A stretch of 64,000 nucleotides of DNA, from contig OZ243916.1 in assembly GCA_965213675.1 (NCBI GenBank), positions 2,592,001 to 2,656,000 of the forward strand, read 5' to 3'. The notes under the pieces are model-generated. The model searched no databases and was not told the DNA's origin. It saw only the letters and a list, made by a program, of their open reading frames with translations. The position numbers were made by a program, and so were the translations under genes. Source of the stretch: an uncultured Candidatus Binatia bacterium (GTDB taxonomy: Bacteria; Desulfobacterota; Binatia; UBA9968; JAJDTQ01). Shown here in pieces: positions 32,111-42,405 of the stretch (position 1 is its first letter; every line of letters starts with the position of its first letter).

Positions 32111-33324
32111 ACTCAGAATCGGGTGACGCAAGATCCGCCCTTCGTCCCGGTGAATTCGTTCCGCTCATCGCCCTTCTGATATCCCTCGTCGCGCTGGCTA
32201 CCGACACGATGCTGCCGGCGATGCCCGCCATCGGGCATGATTTCGGGGTGCAGCGCCGGAACGATGTCCAGTACGTCATCACGGCGCTGCTCCTCGGCCT
32301 CGCCGCCGGTCAGATTGTTTTCGGCCCGCTCTCTGATCGTTTTGGACGCAAACCCGCCATCCATGCCGGCCTTGGCCTGTTCATGGCGGGTTGTCTCATG
32401 AGCGTCTTTGCGCCCGTCTTCGAGGTGATGATCGCGAGTCGCGTCGTGCAGGGCTTCGGTTTGGCGGGGCCGCGCATCGTGATCATTGCGCTGGTGCGCG
32501 ATCAATACGAGGGACCGCAAATGGCTCGACTCATGTCGTTCGCCATCGCCGTGTTCATCCTCGTTCCCACCATCGCTCCGGCCCTTGGACAGGGCATCCT
32601 GTGGCTGGCAGGCTGGCGCGCGATATTCGTCACCTTCTTCGTCGTCGCCGCCATCGGTTTCGCCTGGTTCGCGCTCCGGCAGCCGGAAACCCTGCCCGCG
32701 GACCGCCGGCGCTCCCTCTCTCCGCGGACCGTCGGGGGAGCCGTCCTTGAAGTCCTGAGAATCCGGACCGCACGCGGATACACCCTCGCCACCGCCAGCG
32801 CGTTCGCGCCGTTCATCGCCTACCTGAGTTCCGCCCAGCAGATATTCCAGGACGCGTACCAGGTCGGCGCCCTGTTCCCGGTCTATTTCGCCATGCTGTC
32901 ACTGGTCATCGGAGGCGCCTCGCTCATGAACGCCCGCCTTGTGGTGAGGTATGGGATGAGCCGGATCACGCGGGCGGCAGCGGCGTCCATCACGCTGGTC
33001 TCCGTCGCTGGGTGGGCGGCGGCCTTCGCCTTCAGTGGACTCCCCCCGTTGTGGCTGTTCATGGCCTACCTGCTCGTCGTCTTCGGGAGCTTTGGGCTCC
33101 TCCTCGGCAATCTCAATGCGCTTGCCATGGAGCCGCTGGGCCACGTCGCCGGAGTGGGAGCGGCGGTGGTCGCTTCCCTCCCCATCTTCGTCGCAGTGCC
33201 GTTTGGAGCGTTCGTGGGCCAAACCTTCGATGGCACGATGTATGCCCAGATTTCCGCATTCGCGGTCTTCGGAGCGGGGGCCTTCGTTGCGATGAAATGG
33301 GCGGAGCCTGGGACAAACTCGTAG
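32107..33324 (+). CDS. Bcr/CflA-family (DHA1) MFS efflux transporter
   Basis: ALATDTMLPAMP, GPLSDRFGRKP motif A, QPETLP, about 12 TM; RBS gaaggag before TTG 32107. Confidence 0.9.
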   Translation: MNSESGDARSALRPGEFVPLIALLISLVALATDTMLPAMPAIGHDFGVQRRNDVQYVITALLLGLAAGQIVFGPLSDRFGRKPAIHAGLGLFMAGCLMSVFAPVFEVMIASRVVQGFGLAGPRIVIIALVRDQYEGPQMARLMSFAIAVFILVPTIAPALGQGILWLAGWRAIFVTFFVVAAIGFAWFALRQPETLPADRRRSLSPRTVGGAVLEVLRIRTARGYTLATASAFAPFIAYLSSAQQIFQDAYQVGALFPVYFAMLSLVIGGASLMNARLVVRYGMSRITRAAAASITLVSVAGWAAAFAFSGLPPLWLFMAYLLVVFGSFGLLLGNLNALAMEPLGHVAGVGAAVVASLPIFVAVPFGAFVGQTFDGTMYAQISAFAVFGAGAFVAMKWAEPGTNS

Positions 33325-33366
33325 ACTCCTGTCCGTGTAGGGGCGTCCGCCGCCCGCGCCCGGGGC

Positions 33367-33849
33367 ATGCGGGCAAGCCTTGCGTCCGATGCGCGCATTC
33401 AGCGCCAGATCGCCGAGATGGCGACGCTGCTGGAGAGCGCGCGGCGGGCCGTGGAGCGGCCGGAAATGCTGCGCGGCAACGCCGGTTCAGTGGAATTGAC
33501 GTTTATCCTGAATCAGGCGATATACTTGAGCACCGAGGCCGCCAGGGACATCGCCGAGGTGTGGCCCTCCACCAAGGGCACTTGGGGATACGAGGAAGAG
33601 GACCAGGCGGCCGCCAACCTGTGGGGGCATGGACTCGGGCTGGCGCAGTACGACACCCTGGTGGTATCGCGCATCTACTCCCTGGACCACCCGGTGGTGA
33701 TCGAACCGGGCATGAGCTTCGCCCTGGAGACCCAGCACGGCAAGCCGCTCCAGTGGGGCGTGCGGCTGGAGGAAATGTTGGTGGTGACCGAGGAAGGACC
33801 GCAGGTCACCACGCAGTCCCCCATTGAAAAGATCACCGTGGTCTGTTGA
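33367..33849 (+). pseudogene. Chimeric remnant: short acyl-CoA-dehydrogenase-like helix joined to the C-terminal part of an M24 (Xaa-Pro) peptidase
   Basis: IQRQIAEMATLLESAR followed by GHGLGL...IEPGMSFALE...GVRLEEMLVVT; the N-terminal two thirds of M24 are missing. Confidence 0.6.
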
Positions 33850-33879
33850 GGGGGGCGATCCACGAGTCCGCACGAGGGG

Positions 33880-35589
33880 ATGCAACAGAACTTCATGGTC
33901 AAGGCGCACAGGAAGATTTGCGAGGTCCTCGCCGAGGCGCGGGTGGATTTCGTCTTCGGCATACCCGGCGGCAGCGCCATGCGCATATTCGATTCGCTGT
34001 CCCACTACGCGGATCGGGTGCGTCCGATCCTGGTCCGGCACGAGCAGGCGGCCTCGGTCATGGCCGATATCTACGGCCGGCTGACGGGCAGGCCGGGCGT
34101 GGTGCTCGGCCAGGGGGCGTTCATCGGCACCAACGCTATCTTCGGAACCCTGGAGGCCCACCTGGCGGGCTCGCCCATGGTGGTGCTCGCGGATACCACC
34201 GAGGGCGGCGATTTCTCGCTGAACCCCCGTAACGCCAGCGGCTGGGGGCACTATGGCGGGTTCGACCTGAAGAACCTGTTTTCCGGCATTACCAAGTTCT
34301 CCGTCCTCGCCGCCACTCCCAAGGAAGCGGTGCTGGGCCTTCAGATGGCCATCAAGCACGCTACCACCGGGCGTCATGGGCCCACCGCGGTGATCATGCG
34401 CCAGGCCGCCATCGCGGGCGAGTTGGATCCGGACAAGCCGCCGCGGGTCCACTCCACCGAGCACTGGCTCCAGGGGGAACCGACCATGCCGGCGGTGGCG
34501 GAGTTGATATCGGCCATCGAGCTGCTGGAGGCGGCTGAGCGGCCCGTCATCATCGCCGGCAACGGGGTCCACGCGGCGAAGGCCTACGATGAGCTGGCGG
34601 CCATGGCCGAGCTGCTGGGAAGCCCGGTGGCCACGACGTACAACGGCAAGAGCGCATTCCCGGAGAACCACCCGCTGGCCCTCGGCATGATGGGCCGGTA
34701 CGGCCAGCCGGTGGCCAACGGCGTCATCCAGGACGCGGACACGATCCTGGTGGTGGGCTCCCGGCTGGCCCCCAACGACACCAACAGCGAGCTACTCATC
34801 GACTGCGACCGGCAGACGCTGATCCAGATCGACATCGAACCCAGGAACGCCGGCTGGTCCTATCCCGTGGCGGTGGCGCTCATCGGCGATGCCAAGGCCG
34901 TGTTGAAGCAACTGTTGCAGACGGGCGGGGAGGGCCTTCAGCGGAACGGCTGGCAAGGGGCGGCGCGGCTGGAGCAACGCAAGCGCGCGGAAAACTACTT
35001 CGAGAATGCCGCCCTTCACGCCGGCGCCGTGCCCATCATGCCCCAGCGGCTGGTCAAGGATCTCAACGAAGCACTGGACCCGGAGACCATCGTCACCCTC
35101 GACGCCGGCAGCAACCGGGTGTGGATGGCCCACTACTATCAGACCCGTGCGCCGGGGACCCTGTTCGTGCCCGGCGGGCTCGCGGGCATGGGCTGGGGCG
35201 CTCCCGCCGCGGTGGGGGCCAAGCTCGTGCACCCGGACAGGCCGGTGGTGAGCGTGAGCGGCGACGGCGGGTTCTCCATGTCCGTGCACGTCATCGCCAC
35301 CGCGGTGCAGTACGACCTGCCGGTGGTCTTCGTGGTCATGAACAACTCGGGCCTGGGAATGATCGCCACCGGTGACCTGGGCGGCGATTCGCCCGCCACC
35401 TTCAACGACACCGACTTCGCCGCGGTGGCCCGGGGCTTCGGTGCCGAGGGTCTGCGGGTGGAGAACCCCGCCGAAATTCAGGACGCGGTAAGGGAGGCCG
35501 TGAAGAAGGGAAGGCCCACGGTGGTGGACGTGATCACCGACGGCACCGTAGGGCTCGAGAGCATCAGCAGCGGCGCCACCGTGGGATGA
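33880..35589 (+). CDS. Thiamine-diphosphate-binding enzyme (acetolactate-synthase-like superfamily)
   Basis: FGIPGG, VRHEQAAS, GMGWGAPAAVGA, GDGGFSM...NNSG ThDP motif. Confidence 0.9.
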   Translation: MQQNFMVKAHRKICEVLAEARVDFVFGIPGGSAMRIFDSLSHYADRVRPILVRHEQAASVMADIYGRLTGRPGVVLGQGAFIGTNAIFGTLEAHLAGSPMVVLADTTEGGDFSLNPRNASGWGHYGGFDLKNLFSGITKFSVLAATPKEAVLGLQMAIKHATTGRHGPTAVIMRQAAIAGELDPDKPPRVHSTEHWLQGEPTMPAVAELISAIELLEAAERPVIIAGNGVHAAKAYDELAAMAELLGSPVATTYNGKSAFPENHPLALGMMGRYGQPVANGVIQDADTILVVGSRLAPNDTNSELLIDCDRQTLIQIDIEPRNAGWSYPVAVALIGDAKAVLKQLLQTGGEGLQRNGWQGAARLEQRKRAENYFENAALHAGAVPIMPQRLVKDLNEALDPETIVTLDAGSNRVWMAHYYQTRAPGTLFVPGGLAGMGWGAPAAVGAKLVHPDRPVVSVSGDGGFSMSVHVIATAVQYDLPVVFVVMNNSGLGMIATGDLGGDSPATFNDTDFAAVARGFGAEGLRVENPAEIQDAVREAVKKGRPTVVDVITDGTVGLESISSGATVG

Positions 35590-35812
35590 TGCCGGTGCTG
35601 AGTGCGGCGGCCTGGCGCGCCATGAAGAGAGTCTTCAGGTGATCAGCCCGTACAGCTTTCCGGCGTTCTCGCACGTCACCTTGCGCCGCACCTCCGGATA
35701 GAACCCCCCAGATCCTTCTCGATGGTCTTCTACGAATCCGGCCAGATCCCGTCTGGATGCGGGTAGTCGGAGCGCCACATATTGACGGCCGAACGGCGCT
35801 GGAGTTGACAGA

Positions 35813-36913
35813 ATGGGCAGAATCAAGAACCTCGACGAGATCAAGGCCATGGTGCGCGAGCGCACCGGGAAGCGCACGGTCTTCCGCGGCGCCCGGATCG
35901 AGGACGTGGAGCCGGTTCTCGACCGGCTCACGACCAAGGACCCGGAACTCTGGGCGGCGGAGTGGTCGCGGGCGGCGGCGCCCTACGAGGAAGCCGGCGA
36001 TACGCACGAAGCGGCGGGACGGAGGGCGGAAGCGCGGGAGGCCTTCCTCATGGCCTACGTGTACTACACCATCGGGCGCTATCCCGTGCCGCACTCGCCG
36101 GGGAAGCAGGAATGCGCGCGCAAGAGCGTGGCGTTGTACCTGCGGGCGGCGCGCCACTTCACGCCGGCGCTGGAACTCCTGGAAATTCCCTACCGCGAGG
36201 ATCGGATGATCCGGGCTTTCCTCCGAAAGCCCCAGGGCGTAGTCCCTTGCCCGGTGGTCATCAACTTCGGCGGCATCGACTCCTACAAGCCGGAATGCCA
36301 CGAGTACGACGAGGCGCTGCTGAACGCGGGGCTGGGAGCGTGCGCCATGGACATGCCCGGCGTGGGGGAGGCTCCGATCAAAGGCTCCACCACCGCCGAG
36401 AGCCTGTTCAGCGCAGTCATCGACCATCTGTGTGAACGCGAAGACGTGGATGCGCGGCGCATCGGCATACTGGGCCGGAGCTTTGGCGGCTACTGGTCCG
36501 CCAAGATGAGCTTCGTGGAACCCGAGCGGTTGCGCGCCGCGGTGGTATGGGGCGGCGGCGTCCACTACAACTTCCAGCCGGATTGGGTGCGCGGGTCCAC
36601 CAACGCGGAGAGCTACCTCATGGACCACGAGATCTGCCGCGCCAGCGCCTTCGGCCTCCGCAACATCGATGAGCTGGCGGCGTTCTTCCCCTCCCTTTCG
36701 CTCAAGACCCAGGGGCTGCTGGACAAGCCCTCCTGTCCCATGCTGATCGTCAACGGGAAGAACGACCTGCAAACGCCCATTCAGGACCTGTATCTGCTTT
36801 TGGAACACGGCGGTCCCAAGACCGCCCGGGTCTTTCCCGGAGGCCACATGGGCCAGACGCCGCAGACCCTTCCCACCATCGTCCGCTGGCTCCAAAGGGA
36901 GCTGCGAAAATAA
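35813..36913 (+). CDS. FrsA / 2,6-dihydroxypseudooxynicotine-hydrolase-like alpha/beta hydrolase
   Basis: GGIDSYK, DMPGVGE, nucleophile GRSFGG, NGKND, GGHMG. Confidence 0.8.
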   Translation: MGRIKNLDEIKAMVRERTGKRTVFRGARIEDVEPVLDRLTTKDPELWAAEWSRAAAPYEEAGDTHEAAGRRAEAREAFLMAYVYYTIGRYPVPHSPGKQECARKSVALYLRAARHFTPALELLEIPYREDRMIRAFLRKPQGVVPCPVVINFGGIDSYKPECHEYDEALLNAGLGACAMDMPGVGEAPIKGSTTAESLFSAVIDHLCEREDVDARRIGILGRSFGGYWSAKMSFVEPERLRAAVVWGGGVHYNFQPDWVRGSTNAESYLMDHEICRASAFGLRNIDELAAFFPSLSLKTQGLLDKPSCPMLIVNGKNDLQTPIQDLYLLLEHGGPKTARVFPGGHMGQTPQTLPTIVRWLQRELRK

Positions 36914-37070
36914 TCGTGCGGACGATCGTTCGGCTCTTGCAATGGCGCGCGATCCGCATTACTAGTGGACTCTACAGCCATCGAACCGCTGGACCGAGGA
37001 CCCATGCGGCCGGCGGTATATTTTTTGCGATTCATTCGGACTACCGTTCATTACCAAAAAGGAGGAAACC

Positions 37071-38186
37071 ATGTTGATCAAGAAGGAGAGGATCGACACT
37101 TTTGACGATTGGGTGGATGCGTTCCATCAGTGGCATGACGATATCGGCTATCCCACGGAGTTGATCGGCGGCGACTATACCTTCGAGACCAAGCTCGACG
37201 ACGTGGAGAGCAACGAGATCGAGTTCGGCGAGTACGCCGGACGGCCCAAGTGGGAGAAGGTGACGGACATCCCCGACCAGCGTATCCAGGACGCGCTGGC
37301 CCACCTCATCGAGTTCCAGGGGGACACCGAGTTCGCCTCGGTGGAGCAGCAGACCAACCTCATCGAGCGCGCGCCCACCGAAGTGGACCTGAAGAACCTG
37401 ATCCGCATCAACCGGGAAGAGATGCGCCACGGCTGGCAGATGGCCTACGTGCTGGTGACCCAGTTCGGCGAGTCCGGCAAACGCCAGTCCCAGCGGCTGC
37501 TGGAGCGGCGCGCCTCCGAGGGTTCGCGCCTCCTGGACTCCTTCAATCAGCCCGTGCGCAACTGGCTCGACTTCTTCGTCTACACGAGCTTCATCGACCG
37601 GGACGGCAAGTACCAGTTGAACATGCTGAGCCGGAGCGCCTTCGCCCCGTTGGGCCGGAGCACCCTGCCCATGCTGAAGGAAGAGGCCTACCACCTGGCC
37701 CAGGGCAACATCGGCCTCATGCGCATCGTCAAGGCTGGCAAGATCCCCATGCCCATCATCCAGAAGTACTTCAACAAGTGGATCTCCACCGCCTACGACC
37801 TGTTCGGCCAGGACGAGTCCAGCTCCGCCCACTGGGCCTATGTGTGGGGCCTCAAGGGACGCTACGACGAGCACCTGTACGACGAGCCGGCGGACATGGA
37901 TCGCCTGAATGAGCTGTCGCGCACGACCTTCTTCAAGGAGGTGCAGGCGCTGGTGGACGCGCTGAACCACAACATCGCCGACGATCAGCCCAAGCTGACG
38001 ATACCCAGCGACAAGTTCCGCCGCTACATCGGCAACCATGCCGACAAGCCCTACAGCATCACGGGTGAACTGCTCTCCGACGAGGACTACGCAAGGCACC
38101 TGGAGGAAGTGATGCCCACGGATACCGACGACGAGTTGGTCATCGGCCTGGAAAAGGAAGGCGGCTGGATCCTCGACCCGAGATAA
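37071..38186 (+). CDS. BoxB/PaaA-like di-iron aryl-CoA epoxidase subunit
   Basis: QGDTEFASVEQQ, EEMRHGWQM, DRDGKYQL, EEAYH (two ExxH motifs), DLFG..SS; strong RBS aaggagg. Confidence 0.82.
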   Translation: MLIKKERIDTFDDWVDAFHQWHDDIGYPTELIGGDYTFETKLDDVESNEIEFGEYAGRPKWEKVTDIPDQRIQDALAHLIEFQGDTEFASVEQQTNLIERAPTEVDLKNLIRINREEMRHGWQMAYVLVTQFGESGKRQSQRLLERRASEGSRLLDSFNQPVRNWLDFFVYTSFIDRDGKYQLNMLSRSAFAPLGRSTLPMLKEEAYHLAQGNIGLMRIVKAGKIPMPIIQKYFNKWISTAYDLFGQDESSSAHWAYVWGLKGRYDEHLYDEPADMDRLNELSRTTFFKEVQALVDALNHNIADDQPKLTIPSDKFRRYIGNHADKPYSITGELLSDEDYARHLEEVMPTDTDDELVIGLEKEGGWILDPR

Positions 38187-38238
38187 TCCGGGAACGACGT
38201 TCAAACGAAAACGACGCGATTCCGCAAACGGCGCGGGC

Positions 38239-39501
38239 CTACGAATCCACCTCGATGCCGTAGGCCCGCGCCATCACGACAATGGGGTGCACCGGCTTGT
38301 GGCCGGTGCCCTGCTCCACCTGAACCGCTGACAGCGGACAGTCCGTCACCGTACAGGCGTCATCCGACCGCATGAACTTGAACAGCGGCCGGCCCACCTT
38401 CATGGACGCCTCGAAATTCTCCTTCTTGACGCTCCAGGTGCCGTCGTGGCCGCTGCAGCACTGCATGCGGGAGACTTCCGCGTCGGGGATGAGCTGCATC
38501 AACTCCTGGGCCTTGAAGCCGATGTTCTGGGCCTTGAGGTGGCACGGCTGGTGGTAGCGGATCTTGCCCGCGGCCTGGGTGAAGTCCACGTCCAGCTTGC
38601 CGCTCTCGTTCAACTGCACCAGGTATTCCGACAGATCCAGGGTGTTTTCCGCCACCAGCCGCGTGTCGTCGGTGGGCAGCATGCGCGGGTAATCCTGCTT
38701 GAGCATGTAGCTGCAGCTCGCCGTGGGCACCACGATCTTGTAGCCCTGGCGCACCGCCTCGCTCAGGCTCTTGACGTTGGCTTCGATCTTCTGCACCGCC
38801 TCGTCCAGGAGCCCCACGTCGATGAACGGCATGCCGCAGCATTGCTGCTCGGGAACCGCGCACTCGACGCCGTTCTTCTCCAGCACGCCCACCGCAGCCT
38901 TGCCGATGTCGGGCTCGTTGTAGTTGACGGTGCAGGTGTAGAAGAGCGCCGCCTTCTCCGTACCGTTCCCCTTGGCGGCCGCCGGGCGGCGGCGCAGCCA
39001 CTTTGCGAAGGTCTGCCCGTGGTAGGTCGGCAACAGCCGGTCGCGGTGGACCCCCAGGTACTTCTCCATCAGACCGCGCACGAACGGGGTCCGGTTCGCC
39101 CAGTTGACCAGCGGCGCCATCCAGCTCGCCAGCCGACCGGCCCGGTCGGTGTCGCCCATGAGCCGGTCGGCCCAGCTCACACCCTTGTCCTTGGCCTCCA
39201 CCAGTGTCGCCCGCATCATGGTCCGGGGAAAGTCGATGTCCCACTCGTGCGGCGGCACGTACGGACAAATGGGATCGCACAGCTTGCACTGGTAGCACTG
39301 GTCCACCACCGTCTTCATCTGCTCGTCCTTGAGCGCGGTGGCGTCACCGAAGTTCTCGTCCATCATCTGGAACAGGCTCACGAACGACGGACACAGCGTG
39401 TGGCACAGCGTGCAGCCGTAGCAGATGTCGAACACGCGATCGAGTTCCGTGCGCAAGGCTCCCTTGTCCCAGAACGCCGGTGTCTTGGGTTCAAAGCTCA
39501 T
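38239..39501 (-). CDS. GlpC/HdrD-like Fe-S oxidoreductase (two 4Fe-4S motifs plus CCG domains)
   Basis: CYGCTLCHTLCP, CYQCKLCDPICPYVPPHEW, QCCGMP, PCH, CSGHDGTW. Confidence 0.88.
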   Translation of the reverse strand: MSFEPKTPAFWDKGALRTELDRVFDICYGCTLCHTLCPSFVSLFQMMDENFGDATALKDEQMKTVVDQCYQCKLCDPICPYVPPHEWDIDFPRTMMRATLVEAKDKGVSWADRLMGDTDRAGRLASWMAPLVNWANRTPFVRGLMEKYLGVHRDRLLPTYHGQTFAKWLRRRPAAAKGNGTEKAALFYTCTVNYNEPDIGKAAVGVLEKNGVECAVPEQQCCGMPFIDVGLLDEAVQKIEANVKSLSEAVRQGYKIVVPTASCSYMLKQDYPRMLPTDDTRLVAENTLDLSEYLVQLNESGKLDVDFTQAAGKIRYHQPCHLKAQNIGFKAQELMQLIPDAEVSRMQCCSGHDGTWSVKKENFEASMKVGRPLFKFMRSDDACTVTDCPLSAVQVEQGTGHKPVHPIVVMARAYGIEVDS

Positions 39502-39637
39502 GGGTGTGGTTTCCTCCGGTGTGATGTTCGCATCAAAACGGGATGGGAGGTGATTTTAAGGGTTTCGTCCACTAAAAGTAAGAAACGAGACCAAATTTAT
39601 ACGGGCAACTCAATTTGGTCCGCGCCCTAACGGGTCA

Positions 39638-40777
39638 TTAATCGAGCTGCTGCCGCAGGATCCGAAAGATCAGCCCGTAGAACCGGCAACAGGACGGCAG
39701 GGTCGTCGTCACGAACTCGCGTATCGAGCGCACCGGAAGCCGCGCGTCCACATGGCTCACCACCTTCAGGATGGCGACGTGGACGCGGCTCGGGTCGGGC
39801 GCCGCGTCGGCCAGCCGCAGGCTCTCGGTCGAAGGGAGCAGCGGGTCGGTGTCGCCGTGGCCGATGAGCACCCGCGCGCCGACCCGCGGCATGATCGTGC
39901 GCAGGGAAAGGCTCTCCAGATAGCTTCGCACGGCGGGCTCCGTCGCCTCCATCAGGCTCCGGACCCGATCCGGGTCCTGGTTGCGGATCAACTCGTACAC
40001 GGCCCGTCCGTCTTCGGTGAGCCGGTCCGGCGAGATCACCGGCGCCGCCCCTTCCCAGTTGGTGGCGCCGCCGGCGTCGGCCTCCCGCTCCATGGCATCG
40101 AGCAGACCGGACAGCACCCGGCGATCCTCCTCCGCCGTCAAATGGATCAAGAGATTCTTCACGAACACGTACCGCGCATAGATATCAGGCGCCTGGAGGT
40201 GCCGGTAGCCTTGGTATTCGTCCCGGCCGGTAGTCAGATAACGGACCACGTTAACGGTGTCGTAGTAGCCGCCGAAAGACACCACGAACTTCACCCGTTC
40301 CCGGATGGACGGGTCGGCCGCGGCCTTCAGAATCGGACCCGCGGCAAAGCTGATCCCGAACAGGCCTGCGCGGGTGTCGTCCACCTCCTCCATCGACAGC
40401 AGGAAACGGAAGGCCGCCACGATGTCGTCGGCCTCCTTCATTTCCAGCCGAAGCGACTTGAGGCCGTCGAGCTCGGGTACCAGCACGGCGAATCCGCAGC
40501 CGGCCAGTTCGTTCGCCAACGCCACCAGACGCGGGTCGTCCTTGCCCGTTTCGAGCACCCCGTGGCTGACAAGCAGGCCGGCGCGTGGCCGGGCATCCGG
40601 CACGATGTAGAGATCAGCGGCCATCCGCCGGTCGCCCGCGGCAATGGCCAGGGTCCGCACGGTTGGTCCGCGCCTGCGCAAACCTCGCAGAAGCTTCCTC
40701 AAGCCCTCGCCGCCCAACAGATGCAGCAACAGCGCCAAGCTCAGGAACGCAACCTGAACGTATGAAAGAATGAACAA
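39638..40777 (-). CDS. Membrane-anchored alpha/beta hydrolase
   Basis: N-terminal hydrophobic helix; SHG, GISFAAG, HGDTD, SHVD. Confidence 0.75.
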   Translation of the reverse strand: MFILSYVQVAFLSLALLLHLLGGEGLRKLLRGLRRRGPTVRTLAIAAGDRRMAADLYIVPDARPRAGLLVSHGVLETGKDDPRLVALANELAGCGFAVLVPELDGLKSLRLEMKEADDIVAAFRFLLSMEEVDDTRAGLFGISFAAGPILKAAADPSIRERVKFVVSFGGYYDTVNVVRYLTTGRDEYQGYRHLQAPDIYARYVFVKNLLIHLTAEEDRRVLSGLLDAMEREADAGGATNWEGAAPVISPDRLTEDGRAVYELIRNQDPDRVRSLMEATEPAVRSYLESLSLRTIMPRVGARVLIGHGDTDPLLPSTESLRLADAAPDPSRVHVAILKVVSHVDARLPVRSIREFVTTTLPSCCRFYGLIFRILRQQLD

Positions 40778-40836
40778 GGGCGGAGCCCCGCCGGCGTGGT
40801 GTCTATGGCTGCGACCCGCGGCATCGACAGATCCCC

Positions 40837-40860
40837 GTAGCCGGCGCCGTTGCCGGCTAC
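40837..40860. repeat. GTAG-bounded perfect palindrome (REP-like or terminator hairpin)
   Basis: GTAGCCGGC-gccgtt-GCCGGCTAC. Confidence 0.55.
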
Positions 40861-40904
40861 GGGAAACCTCGTCGATTTCCTCGCGGGTTCACGCGGAACC
40901 CGCG

Positions 40905-42017
40905 CTAGTGATGCGCGGCCTCACCCTCCAGGGCGAGGTTGATGTGGTGGTGGGACTTGGACACCGGGCCGATGCCCTTGGCGAGGGTGGTCCAGTGCTC
41001 GCCCTCGTCGTCGCTGTAGAAGATGTCGCCGTCGGTGGTGCCGGCGAATATGGCGTAGCCGCCGTTCCACGCGTCCATGCACATGGCCTCGATATTGGCG
41101 CGGATGTGCTCGGGAAGGCCTTCCCCCAGGATGTCCCAGGTGTGGCCGCCGTCACGGCTGCGCGCCACCCGGGCGTCCGCGGTGTGAAGCTTGCGCCATG
41201 TGCCCGGGCCGGTCTTGGCGCCGGCCACGAACAGCAGGTTCGGGTCCTGCGGGTGGACGAAGAACGGGTCCACGTAGCCGATGCGGAAGTCCCGCGGGGT
41301 CATGTTCTGCCAGGTGGCGCCGCCGTCGCCGCTCACGCAGAAGCCCGCCATGACCTCGGGGCCGCAGTTGGTGGTGGGCGCCGTGCCATAGAGCTTGTCC
41401 GGATCGTTGGACGGAATGAACACCCGGTGCGCGTCCGGATTGATGTTGTCGATGATGCTCCATGTCTGGCCGCCGTCGGTGGTGCGCAGGAAGCCGCCCA
41501 CTTCCACCGCCACATGGATCACGTCGGGGTCCGTGGGATGGAACGTGATGCTCTTGGCGTGGGCCTGATGCGGCTCGGCCGGGAACGTCCACTTGTCCAC
41601 CCCCGGAACCTGCCGGAAGCCCGGCAACTCGTTCCAGCTCTTGCCGAGATCGTCGCTGTAGTAGAGATGCGCCGGCTGCGTACCCGCGTAGACCCTGGGC
41701 TTGCCGTCCACCACCTGCGTGGCCAGCGAGTAGATCTCCTTGTCGCCGATGCCGCTGTCCCGCTTCTCCCAAGTGCGGCCCTCGTCAGTGCTGGTGTAGA
41801 TTTCGCACCCGTAGGTGCCCGCCAGCAGCGTCCCGGTGGCGGGCTCGAAGATGACGGCGCTGACGTGCTTCCCGGGCAAGTACACGTTGTCCTGCTGCCA
41901 CGAGCCGTTGTCCCGGCGGAACGAGAAGACGCCGTCCACCGTGCCGACGAGCAGCTTGTTGTTGGCGGTTTCGCCGTGGGTGAGCAACTGGCCTCCAGGG
42001 GATAGACATACAAACAT
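40905..42017 (-). CDS. BNR/Asp-box repeat beta-propeller protein
   Basis: Multiple Asp boxes (STDEGRTW, SDDLGKSW, TTDGGQTW, SGDGGATW, SRDGGHTW, SDDEGEHW); RBS aaggagg before ATG 42017. Confidence 0.85.
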   Translation of the reverse strand: MFVCLSPGGQLLTHGETANNKLLVGTVDGVFSFRRDNGSWQQDNVYLPGKHVSAVIFEPATGTLLAGTYGCEIYTSTDEGRTWEKRDSGIGDKEIYSLATQVVDGKPRVYAGTQPAHLYYSDDLGKSWNELPGFRQVPGVDKWTFPAEPHQAHAKSITFHPTDPDVIHVAVEVGGFLRTTDGGQTWSIIDNINPDAHRVFIPSNDPDKLYGTAPTTNCGPEVMAGFCVSGDGGATWQNMTPRDFRIGYVDPFFVHPQDPNLLFVAGAKTGPGTWRKLHTADARVARSRDGGHTWDILGEGLPEHIRANIEAMCMDAWNGGYAIFAGTTDGDIFYSDDEGEHWTTLAKGIGPVSKSHHHINLALEGEAAHH

Positions 42018-42405
42018 GGCGGTCCTCCTTCGTGTCCTTTTCTTGTTCGCTCTTCGTGTCTTGATGGCGCGCCACCGGCGCGGACGAGTCTCAAGCCAGT
42101 CCTGCCGTCGATGGACGGGTTGTCGCTTCATCCTACTGAAGGTCCCTTTCCTGCGTCAAGCCGATGGACTCACCCACTTGTCGCCGATCTCGCCCGCGGA
42201 AGGATGGGGGGCCACGGCGTCAGCGTCTCCTGCCGCACCCAGGAAAGCGATCGCGCCGGGCGCCCTGGACCACGCGCGGGGTTGAATTTCCCAGCGCCTT
42301 GTTATTAGTTCTGACACCGGACAGGACGATGCACGACGTTCTCGTGGCGTCCCGAAGGCGGTTGGAACCAAGCAGGACCAAGATAATTTCTGAAGGAGGA
42401 AGTAC

